From Octopus vulgaris (taxonomy: Eukaryota): a stretch of 64,000 bases of DNA. This document shows, piece by piece, positions 12,572 to 24,659 of the stretch. Positions within the stretch are counted from its first letter, which is position 1. The number at the start of each line of letters is the position of its first letter. The notes under the pieces are model-generated. The model was not told the origin of the DNA, did no database searches, and was given only the letters and a program-made list of their open reading frames with translations. The position numbers and the translations under genes were made by a program. The DNA lies in contig OX597841.1 in assembly GCA_951406725.2 (NCBI GenBank), positions 22,568,001-22,632,000 on the forward strand. The letters run 5' to 3'.

Positions 12572-12878
12572 GTGGATGGAAGCACTCCGTCGGTTACGAC
12601 GATGAGCACTCCACAAACACGTGTACCCTTAACGTAGTTCTCGGGGACATTCAGCGTGACACAGAGTGACAAGGCCGGCCCTTTGAAATACAGGTACAAC
12701 AGAAACAGGAAGTAAGAGTGAGAGAAAGTTGTGGTGAAAGAGTACAGCAGGGATCACCACCATCCCCTGCCGGGGCCTCGTGGAGCTTTTTGGTGTTTTC
12801 GCTCAATAAACACTCACAACGCCCGGTCTGGGAATCGAAACCGCAATCCTACGACCGCGAGTCCGCTGCCCTAACCAC
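12572..12878 (-). mobile_element. tRNA-derived SINE family S4
   Basis: Minus-strand head gtggttagggcagcggactcgcggtcgtaggattgcggtttcgattccc with a B box. Paralogs at 27642-27948, 42661-42967 and 55997-56302. Confidence 0.75.
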
Positions 12879-13387
12879 GAAGAGATCTTGAAGAAACTGT
12901 TGATGATATTTTATGTTGATTTTTTTCCCCCATTTATTCGATATTCATTAATTTCATATCATTTGCAATTTTTCTCTGATTCTCTTTCATTTGAATTCGA
13001 TACTTAAATAGCTTTTTGCATTTCTGATCTTTAAGATGTCGAAGGATAGATATTGATGTGTTTGAGTCTTTGTTTTCAAATGTAATTCTGGATAATTTGA
13101 AGAGACAATTTCACCTTTTCTTGCCTCTGCCAAATTTCTCTTTCTACACACTCAAAGAGAACAATGATAATTTCCTGAAATAGTGATTCTGTTATAATGT
13201 TTTCAATGCATTCAGGGAAGGCCATTTGCTTAGCTGATAAACATTTTGTAATCATTCGTGGAATCTCCTCATGGGGCAAAATGAGTAATGACTATTTCCA
13301 GTAATTTTTTCCTTATGGAGTTAAAGAGAAGAAATTGTGAGCTGTTAGGTAACTAGTCACAGACATACATTTTCTACAATATCCTCT

Positions 13388-13648
13388 GGCCTTGTGAATG
13401 GATTTGGGAGATGGAAACTGAAGGAAGCCCAATATATATGTGGGTGTGTTGTCCTCCCACCCCTTCAAGACTTGACAAACAGTGTTGGTGTGTTTATGTC
13501 CCCATAAACCTGTGGTTTGGCAAAAGTGGCTGATAGAATAAGTGCTAAGCTCAAAAAATAAGTCCTAGCATTGATTCTATTGACTGAAGCCTTTAAAGTT
13601 GGTGCTCCAGCATGACCACAGTCAAAACAACTGAAACCAGTAAAAAAG
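13388..13648 (+). mobile_element. Old, diverged 5'-truncated SINE S1
   Basis: Similar to 2725-3015. Present in all four units. Confidence 0.65.
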
Positions 13649-14213
13649 TGTGTGTGTGTGTGTATTTATGAATGTGGGCTGGAGTTTAGAAATATTTTAG
13701 CTTCAAACAGGATTTTGTGATGTAAATACTAATAAATTAAAAAGTTCTGTTGTTCAGTTAAATGTTTACTTCTAGAGTTTATCTTTATGGAAATGTTGAA
13801 TCTGTATTTTTTTAAGTAGCCTCTATATCTTACACTGTTGTTTCTTTATTATTTCAGAATATCAGATGACATTGGCATAACTGAAGATACATTCTCATTA
13901 TTTATCAGCTTTTTAAAGACCAAAATGGAAATATTGTACAGAACAGATATATAAGATTGTTTCTATAAATCTGTGGTGGAATTCCTCTGATATATTTACT
14001 CTGAAATGTGTTATTAGCAAACCTTCTGGACATCACTGGCTGGAGTGTCTACAAGATGAGCCTGTTTGCAGATTGTATGTGGATAAATTTAGTTGTTTTG
14101 TGACAAAGGTAACAGTGGCCAGAAATACAACAGTTGAAATATTTGTAAACAAAAGACTATAGAAGCAAAAAGAATAAAAAAAGAACGTATATTGTGAAGT
14201 TGAAGGAAAAATA

Positions 14214-15218
14214 ATGGAAAAGAGTGAGAAAGTGAAGGAACAGATTTTACCAGAAGTTAGCAAAAAAGAGAGACAAAAATTGTCACATGACTGTGATGTG
14301 TGTAAAAAGTCTTTCTCAAGTAAATGTAACTTAAATAGTCACAAACGTATTCATACAGGAGAGAAGCCATTTCACTGTGAAATCTGTGGTAAATCATTCT
14401 CTCAAAGTGGCAACTTAGCTAAACATAAACGTATTCATACAGGAGAGAAGCCATATTCCTGTAATATCTGTGGCAAATTATTTTCTGATAAAAGTGCTCT
14501 AACTCAACATAAACGTATTCATACAGGAGAGTCACCATATCATTGTAGTGTCTGTGGTACAAGATTCTCTGACCAAAGTGTTTTAAATAATCACCAGCAT
14601 TGTCATACAGGAGAGAAGCCATTTCAATGTGACATCTGTGGTAAATCATTCTCTCAAAGAAGTGCTTTAACTAATCACAAGCGTATTCATACAGGAAAGA
14701 AGCCATATTCCTGTAAAATCTGTGGTAAATTATTTCCTGGTAAAAGTGCTGTAACTTATCATAAACGTATTCATACAGGAGAGTCACCATATCCTTGTGA
14801 TATCTGTGGTAAATCATTCACCGTGAGTTCTAACTTAACTGGACACAGACGTATTCATACAGGAGAAACACCATATTCTTGTGATATCTGTAGTAAATTA
14901 TTCTCTCAAAATATTTATTTGACTTTACCCAAACGTATTCATACAGGAGAGACACTATTTCACTGTGAAATCTGTGGTAAATCATTCTCTGAAAGTGGCA
15001 ACTTAGCTAAACATAAACGTATTCATACAGGAGAGACACCATATTCTTGTGATGTCTGTAATAAATCTTTCTCTACCAGTAGTAACCTAATGACCCATAA
15101 ACGTATTCATACAGGAGAGACACCATATTCTTGTGATATCTGTGGAAGGTCATTTACTCAACATAGCAGCTTAACTTCTCACAAATGTGTTCATAAGGGG
15201 AAGAAGCAATCCCACTAA
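14214..15218 (+). CDS. C2H2 zinc-finger protein, 11 fingers (finger 8 lacks first His), 334 aa
   Basis: Intact ORF with TGEKP linkers. Putative acceptor tttcag| at 13856-13857. Inverted paralog of 6609-8279, sharing the N-terminus and the GKKQSH C-terminus. Confidence 0.92.
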   Translation: MEKSEKVKEQILPEVSKKERQKLSHDCDVCKKSFSSKCNLNSHKRIHTGEKPFHCEICGKSFSQSGNLAKHKRIHTGEKPYSCNICGKLFSDKSALTQHKRIHTGESPYHCSVCGTRFSDQSVLNNHQHCHTGEKPFQCDICGKSFSQRSALTNHKRIHTGKKPYSCKICGKLFPGKSAVTYHKRIHTGESPYPCDICGKSFTVSSNLTGHRRIHTGETPYSCDICSKLFSQNIYLTLPKRIHTGETLFHCEICGKSFSESGNLAKHKRIHTGETPYSCDVCNKSFSTSSNLMTHKRIHTGETPYSCDICGRSFTQHSSLTSHKCVHKGKKQSH

Positions 15219-15531
15219 TATTTAAACTAAATCATAATCTCTAAGGGGTTACTGAAACCCTTTACCATGCAGGTTATTCTGTCGAATGTGATGTTTATAT
15301 ATTCACATTATTTTCAATTTGCCATCCAAAGGTTTAGTAAAATTCTATCAATTAGAAAAAAGATATTTAATTTTAATTCTCAAATTTTTATCAATTTTTG
15401 CGTGACATTAAAGGGACACTACTCATATATGAACTTAGGCGCACACACACAGACACAGGAGACAAAAGACAATACAAAGAGTTTTCAAATTGAGTAAACA
15501 GGAGTAGTTGTGTGGTAAGTAGCTTGCTTCC

Positions 15532-16482
15532 CTTTGTCGGAGACGGACGTGTTTGTTTTTGGCGGAGAGTTCTTGCTGCTTGATGTCACGTCTTTCGTCG
15601 TGAAATATTGAACTTTGAGGCTCGACTACAGGTAGGCGTTTGTCGTATTTTTTGACGGCTTAGTGGAGTTTGTTGCCCTGTATTTAATATTTTTGGTGAG
15701 TAATAGACTCCAATCTGCTCCAGACATTTGCCTGCCTGTGGCCGCCTATAAAGACTCACTTTGCAGTGAGAATTGTGTTTTCGAGGAGGCGTAGCCCCTC
15801 CGCAAAAATTATCTTCGTGTCTGTGGATTACCAAGGCAGGAAGGACTGTTTTTGCAAGGTGGACGTGAGTGTTTTGGCTCTGGCCAATTACAAGAAAAAA
15901 GAACAAAAACAGAGAAGGTTGTCGAGGCCAGTGATTTTGTTTTATCTGAGCTGGGTGTAATTTGTTATATTGTTATTTTTTGTTAACAAATTTCGCCTGC
16001 TGTTTTGTGAATTTAGTGTGAATATTTTGGATTCATAAAAAAAAAAAAAGCAGTGGAGGGACGTATCCTCGCCTGAATGATTAGAACCTGGTACAGTTAC
16101 CGTTGGCTGTAGCCAGTATTGTGTTTGGATTTCTTTTACCAATTACAGGTAAAAATGATTCATACCAAGGAACCTATGTACATTTGGCCAGGAGTACCTT
16201 TTCGGCCGAAAATTAATTTATTTCTTTGCCTGGATTTGAACTCTCTTCTTCAAAACTTTCGTTTATTAAAAAAAAAAAGAACTCTTTTTTGAACTGTTAT
16301 TTTTTATTGTATTTCTTCCCTTCTTTTTTTGTGTCTTGTTTTATTTTCTTACATTTTGAACTGTAATTGAACTTTGTATTGAAATGGCAAAGGAATTTCT
16401 TGTGTGGGACTTGACACCTCCCAAAAAAATGGTTAAAAGAGCTTCAAAGGAAGACCGTGGTGTTGAGGACTTACTCGAAGTC
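15532..16482 (+). mobile_element. 3'-deleted ORF1-type retroelement (subfamily B) inside a split S1 SINE
   Basis: Follows the S1 head (15499-15531). 5' homology to 58793 onward. ORF1 start MAKEFLVWDLTPPK at 16384, fused at agtc microhomology to the S1 tail (16483-16513). Confidence 0.8.
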
Positions 16483-18376
16483 ACTGACTGAAACAAGTAA
16501 AAGAGTAAAGAGTATATAATTGCCATTAGTGTTCTGATAAATAAAACAGAAGCCTGTGTATGAAACTGGTCTTTTTCCTACTTCAGTTATTTCATTTTTC
16601 TCTTATAAAATACACACATACAGGAGGGGTAAACTATACATATAATAATACTTTGAATGGGGCTCTCAAGAAAGAATAAAAACATTTACCCAATTAATGA
16701 CAGGTATTACTACGAGTAGTTTATATACATATACACACACAAAGGAACCAACCGAACTTGGCTGCTGCCAGCGCCGCCCGATTGTCCTCCGTGCAGGTTG
16801 CACGTAAAAGCACCATCCGATTGTAGCTGTTGCCAGCATCGTTTGGCCTCCGTGCCAGTGGCACGTGAAAGCAACCACTACACTAACGGAGTGGTTGGCA
16901 TTAGGAAGGGCATCCAGCCGTAGAAACTTTGTCAGATCAGACTGGGCCTGGTGCAGCCTTCTGGTTTCCCAGACCCCAGTTGAACCGTCACAAATTTTAA
17001 CGAACTCTATCTGGAACAGTGGAAGTTGAAATTCCGTAGCATTGGTTATGAGTTTTGCTTGCGAGTTAACTGTAGCTGGTTCATCTTGATGTAGCTGTGT
17101 GTTGGTTATGCATTCACTGGTCTATTCTGTCTGCCTGGAGTTAGCGAATACAAAAGAATGACAAGAAGAACCAGGTAAATTCAAAGCAACTGTTATTTAT
17201 TACAACCCCTTATAAAAATACATGGCAAATGTCTTACAAATTGTGAGGTAACAGGTTTGGCAAGTTTTAAGTAACTCTATCTGGAACAGTGGAAGTTGTA
17301 TCACAGTTGAAATTCTGTAGCATGTTCATGGTTTGGTTCCGTGTGTTGGGCAGCATCTGTTGTTGTGATCTGTCCGTTGCTGTAGAGGAAGTACAAGTTT
17401 ACCAGGCCAGAGAGAGAGAGATGAGGAATGAAGACAGAAACGGGTGTGCTGCCACAAAGGAGATACATGGTTACCCAGCCTGAGGGAAATGCAGGAGAAG
17501 GAGATAGAGGGTGGGAGACAACACGATGGAAGATACTGGCAAAATGATGGGCGTATTCACTAGGGAGGGGATCAGAACATAAATGGGGATGGTTGAGTAA
17601 AGGAAGAGGAGATATAGATGGTGGCAAGTGCCAGGCCATACCCTTGATGTTCAAACGTCATAATATAAGGGACAGGATACTGCATAGGCGGCGAGCTGGC
17701 AGAAAAGTTAGGCTCTGTGTTCAAATTTCGCCGAGGTCGACTTTGCTTTTCATCCTTTCGGGGTCGATTAAATAAGTACCAGTTACGCACTGGGGTCGAT
17801 GTAATCAACTTAATCCCTTTATCTGTCCTTGTTTGTCTCCTCTCTGTGTGTAGCCCCTTGTGGGTAGTAAAGGAATAGGATACTGCAAAGGAAGCATGAT
17901 TAGAGTGTAGGGGGTGTTGAGTGATGACAACCTGGGTATTATATAGGGTCAGGGGGCTACCGGATAGCAATTATAGAGAGGAACAGCACCATGAGGGCAG
18001 GATTGGGGGAGTGAGAGGTAGGCATAGTGTATGGAAGGAATGTGAAGAAGAGATGTAGATTGGTTTGTTGGGGGTAGGGTGTGTAAAAACTTTTCTTGTT
18101 ACATGTGGGTGGAAGACATAGGTTGAGGGCAAGCCAATAGCAATAATACAGTAAGACAGGGAATGGGGGTGGAACATACAGGTCAGGAATAGCAGAGCGC
18201 AATGCTACAGTGAGACAGGGCAGGACTGTATTTAAAATATCCGATCGTGGCCGTTTGCCAGCCTCGTCTGGCACCTGTGCAGGTGGCACGTAAAAAGCAC
18301 CCACTACACTCACAGAGTGGTTGGCATTAAGAAGGGCATCCAGCTGTAGAAACACTGCCAGATCAGACGGCCTGGC

Positions 18377-18819
18377 ATCTGGTCATCAAATCTAAGCAGA
18401 GACTAACCAATTCTACTCTATGGCTCAGAAACCTGGACGTTATCAAAGAAGCTTGAGAGGCGGTTGGATGGAACCTACACTCGCCTCCTATGAGAACTCA
18501 AAATCTCTCGTGGAAGCGTCATCCAACCAAAGTTCAAATAAATGGGAAACTACTACCTGTGTCATCTCTTGTGAAAGGTAGGAGAGTCCAGTTGGCTGGA
18601 TATTGTTGTAGAGCTGAAAATAAGGCAATTTCTGCTCTTCTCCTCTGGAAGCCATCTGCTCGCGATACCAGAGGGCGCACACTCTCCTACCCTGATGTAA
18701 TCTCCAGGGATACAGGCATCCAGCAACAGGACCTCCGTAATGCCATGATGGACCGTGAAGTCTGGCGTAGCATGGTAAATTCCATTGTCTCGACCACGGT
18801 CGAACAATGATGATAATGA
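18377..18819 (+). mobile_element. 5'-truncated RTE-clade LINE (RT C-terminus) inserted in an S2 SINE
   Basis: Encodes IWSSNLSRD..ILLYGSETWT..RLDGTYTRLL..MMDREVWRS, typical of the RTE C-terminal region. (TGA)n tail. Host SINE spans ~18240-18893. Confidence 0.85.
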
Positions 18820-19229
18820 CTGGCTTCCCAGACCCCAGTTGAACCGTCCAACCCATGCTAGCATGGAAAACGGACGTTAAATGATGATGATGAAATATTT
18901 TCAATGGCAGTCAATAATGGCCCCTTATGGTCCTTGTGAGAAGTAAGAAGTGTTGGTACATCTAGTGTCCACTCTTTAGAATTTAAGCCAGCCATATCTG
19001 GCCCAAATATTCTACCTATTTTATGATCAAACTAGTCAGAGTCGGCTTCTTACACCTACCCTACAATGTCATTGTGAAAATACACAATCATATCATCAAA
19101 ATTTGAAAGCTGTGGGTGAATGTATGACAAATTGAAAATAATGTGAATAAATAACCCTCACATTCGACAGAATAATCTGCATGGTAAAGGGTTCAGTCAC
19201 CCCTTACAGATTATGATTTAGCGCAAATA

Positions 19230-21231
<2,002 letters not shown>

Positions 21232-22670
21232 TATTTTTCTTTGAAAATCACAAAATATATATATATGTTTTCTTCTTTGTACTTCTATAGCCTTTTGTTT
21301 CCAAGTATTTCGACTGCTGTATTTCTGTCCAGTGTTACTTTTGTCCCAAAACTCGTTAGTAAATTTATCCAAGTTTAATTTGCAAAGAGACACATCTTGT
21401 AGACACTCCAGCCAGTGATGTCCAGAAGATTTGCTAATAACACAATTCAGAGTAAATATATCAGAGGAATTCCACCACAGATTTATAGAAACAATCTTAT
21501 ATATCTCTTCTGTACAATATTTTCATTTTGGTCTTTAAAAGCTGATAAATAATGAGAATGTATCTTCAGTTATGCCAATGTCATTTGATATTCTGAAATA
21601 ATAAAGAAACAACAGTGTAAGATATAGAGGCTACTGAAAAAAATACAGATTCAACATTTCCATAGAAGATAAACTCTAGAAATAAACATTTACCTGAACA
21701 ACAGAACTTTTTAATTTATGAAAATTTACATCAGAAAATCTTGTGTGAAGTTAACATATTTCTAAATTCCAGTTACACATACCTACTGCACAACATTTAT
21801 ATATGTGTCGTCCAACCCGTGCTAGCGCGGAAAACGGACGTTAAACGATGATGATGATGATGATGATGATATCACATCACGTAAAAAGCACCATCCGAGC
21901 ATGGCTGTTTGCCAGCCTCGTCTGGCACGTAAAAAGCATCCACTACACTCACGGAGTGGTTGGCGTTAGGAAAGGCATCCAGCCATAGAAACTTTGCCAG
22001 ATCAGACTGGGCCTGGTGCAGCCTTCTGGCTTCCCAGACCCCAGTTGAACCGTCCAACCCATGCTAGCATGGAAAACGGATGCTAAACGATGATGATGAT
22101 GATGATGATGATATTGTGAAATTTATGAAAGTGAAGTTTGAAATGTGGTTGAGTTTATACTTTGCTTGATGAGAGGGGACCTCTTGTTTAAATGCCTACA
22201 AAAAGTACATCAGCTAAGCAAATGGCCTTCCCTAAATGCATTGAAACCATTATAACAGAATCACTGTTTCAGGAAATTATCGTCGTTCAAAGACAACAAA
22301 ATAATAATAATAATTCGTTCGTTTATTGGCCACAAGAGCTAACAAAAATCAATTAAAACATAAAGGGACAAAACACAGGACGAAAGTTACAAAGGGTTTT
22401 GTCCGTAACTATGAAGAAAACGAATATGAAAAAAACAACAAAGAAAACTGCGCTAAGGACCCGGGGGTGGGGGACTTTCGGAAAATTTACAAGATCCGAT
22501 TTTTCCGTCATAAGTTAGGGTAAAATGGATTGCGAGGATGATCCGGTTCTTGACTGAAGAAGGCTTCCAATGACCCGTCCGTGTTTTTTGTATCGTCTAT
22601 TTGGATGTTTTGCGTTCTTGTCCCATTTTGTATTTTATATATATATATATATATATAAAATACAAAATGG

Positions 22671-23866
22671 GTCGTAAGACACTTGTTGTTGTTTTCACCG
22701 TTAATGCTTCTGTATTTCATGTTTCTGTATTCCATTATTTTTTTGTTTTTTTATATTCGTCCCTTTTGCTGTCCTGGTGTCCGTATGCATTCGATCCTTC
22801 TTCCAGGAAAACTACGCTCCCAGCTTAGTTTTTCTAATGCTCGTTGCTTAGTTTTTCTTGGAGGGCTGGCCGTGATCTAGTAATCTCAAGATTAATCAGC
22901 CGAAATTACTACGATGATCCGGTTCTTGACTGAAGACTGAGGGTTTCGAATTTCCTGTCCGTGTTTATTGTATCGTCTTCTAAGAGTTATACGTTCTTAT
23001 CCATGTTGTATTTTTCTACATACCTTAACATATATTCCAGGCGACACGTACCCTCTTAACATTATTGTGAGCACATATTCTTAATAACTGGTACGACTCT
23101 TTGTTTGTCTCTCTCTCTCTCTCTCTCTTTTACTTGATCTGTCCCCTTCTCTCTCTACTCATCCTCTTTTTCTCTTCTCTTTCCTCTGATTCTTTGGTCT
23201 AATCTTCCACTACCCTCCTATTTCTTTGTCTCGCTCTGCACTCACAGGTCGCTCGTCGACACCCATCCCTTCTCCTCTCTGATTCCTTCTTTCTCTCTCT
23301 TTGTCGCGTTTGTCCCTCCTCTCTCTCTCTCTTCCGCTGCTTCTCTTTCTTTTCTTTTCTCTCTCCCCTGTCACTTGACTGCTGGCCGAAATCTGCCTTT
23401 CAGCTTCTGACCAGCGTCGTGTTAACATCGTTGTTTTTCGTCCGCCGCTATAGGCATCGCCGATAAGGCTCCTTTCCTTGCGCCAGAGAAAAAATTTGTT
23501 TGCTTGTTATCAGTCGTAAGACACTTGTTGTTGTTTTCACCGTTAATGCTTCTGTATTTCATGTTTCTGTATTCCATTATTTTTTTGTTTTTTTATATTC
23601 GTCCCTTTTGCTGTCCTGGTGTTCGTATGCATTCGATCCTTCTTCCAGGAAATCTACGCTCCCAGCTTAGTTTTTCTAATGCTCGTTGCTTAGTTTTTCT
23701 TGGAGGGCTGGCCGTGATCTAGTAATCTCAAGATTAATCAGCCGAAATTACTACGATGATCCGGTTCTTGACTGAAGACTGAGGGTTTCGAATGTCCCGT
23801 CCGTGTTTATTGTATCGTCTTCTAAGAGTTATACGTTCTTGTCCATGTTGTATTTTTCTACATACC

Positions 23867-23870
<4 letters not shown>
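22671..23870. mobile_element. Element with 358-bp direct repeats (22671-23028, 23513-23870) around a CT-rich spacer, in (TA)n
   Basis: Direct comparison of the two repeats. Same structure at 37367-38574, a single repeat at 52250-52602, and absent from unit 1. Confidence 0.7.
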
Positions 23871-23904
<34 letters not shown>

Positions 23905-23906
<2 letters not shown>

Positions 23907-24221
23907 ATAAATATTAGGGAATAAATCCAAAATTACAGGGAAAACAATCAGATTTAGGATTAAATCCAATTTTATAGTAAAATATTATAAAATATTATTA
24001 GAGACAAAACCACTATTTTGTAAAACAAACAAGGAAAGACTTAATCAATACATAAAATTTTAATAAATAGTCAAAAAAACCGCCACTACAATCGTTTCTT
24101 GTCTTGATCGACAATCTTCAGGTGGACTTCAATAAGTCAGTTTCAAAAATTTTATGTATTGATTAAGTCTTTCCTTGTTTGTTTTACAAAATAGTGGTTT
24201 TGTCTCTAATAATATTTTATA
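23905..24221 (-). mobile_element. Penelope-like insert with 76-bp inverted repeat, in (TA)n
   Basis: Arms at 23986-24061 and 24146-24221 enclose a hammerhead. Present only in units 2 and 3. Confidence 0.7.
24083..24125 (-). ncRNA. Minimal type I hammerhead ribozyme
   Basis: Minus strand reads CCAC-CUGAAGA-UUGUC-GAUCAA-GACAA-GAAAC-GAUU-GUA-GUGG. All core nucleotides and stems I, II and III are present. Confidence 0.85.
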
Positions 24222-24659
24222 TATATATACATATACATATATATCTGTTTTTTTTTTACGGAATCCCACTTTTTGGTTATGGAGGATCCGATTGTGGAAA
24301 AACTTTTTTGAAAAATCGCATTTTCAAAATTTCATTTACCACCAGCCTCTTCACTTTTCACTTGAAAAAGAAAACAAAAAAACATATTTTTGCCCTTAAA
24401 AACGATGGGAGAAACCTTTTCGGTAACAAAAACATAAAATATTGTAAATATTTTCAAAGGAAAAAGCGTGATTTAAGGAAGATTTGGCTGTTGTTTCTAG
24501 CACGTCCTAAGACAACCCTCCTCGTTTCACTTTCCCATCTTTTGAAGTTTTTCTCTTCATAAACAAATTTATGATTTTTTTCAACCCTATTCTTCGCCCC
24601 TGGTTGCTTCTGTTTACGATTTAAAATATCGGTGAGTCTGAGGCCGTTTCTGACATTTA

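Noticed and set aside
12820-12878. tRNA gene
   Set aside because: tRNA-like head of a SINE, 5'-truncated and followed by SINE body, with no full cloverleaf. The same applies to the S1 and S3 heads.
22880-22965. Hammerhead candidate CTGAAGA..CGAA in the 358-bp repeat
   Set aside because: No GAAA with correctly placed stems II and III and a cleavage triplet could be drawn.
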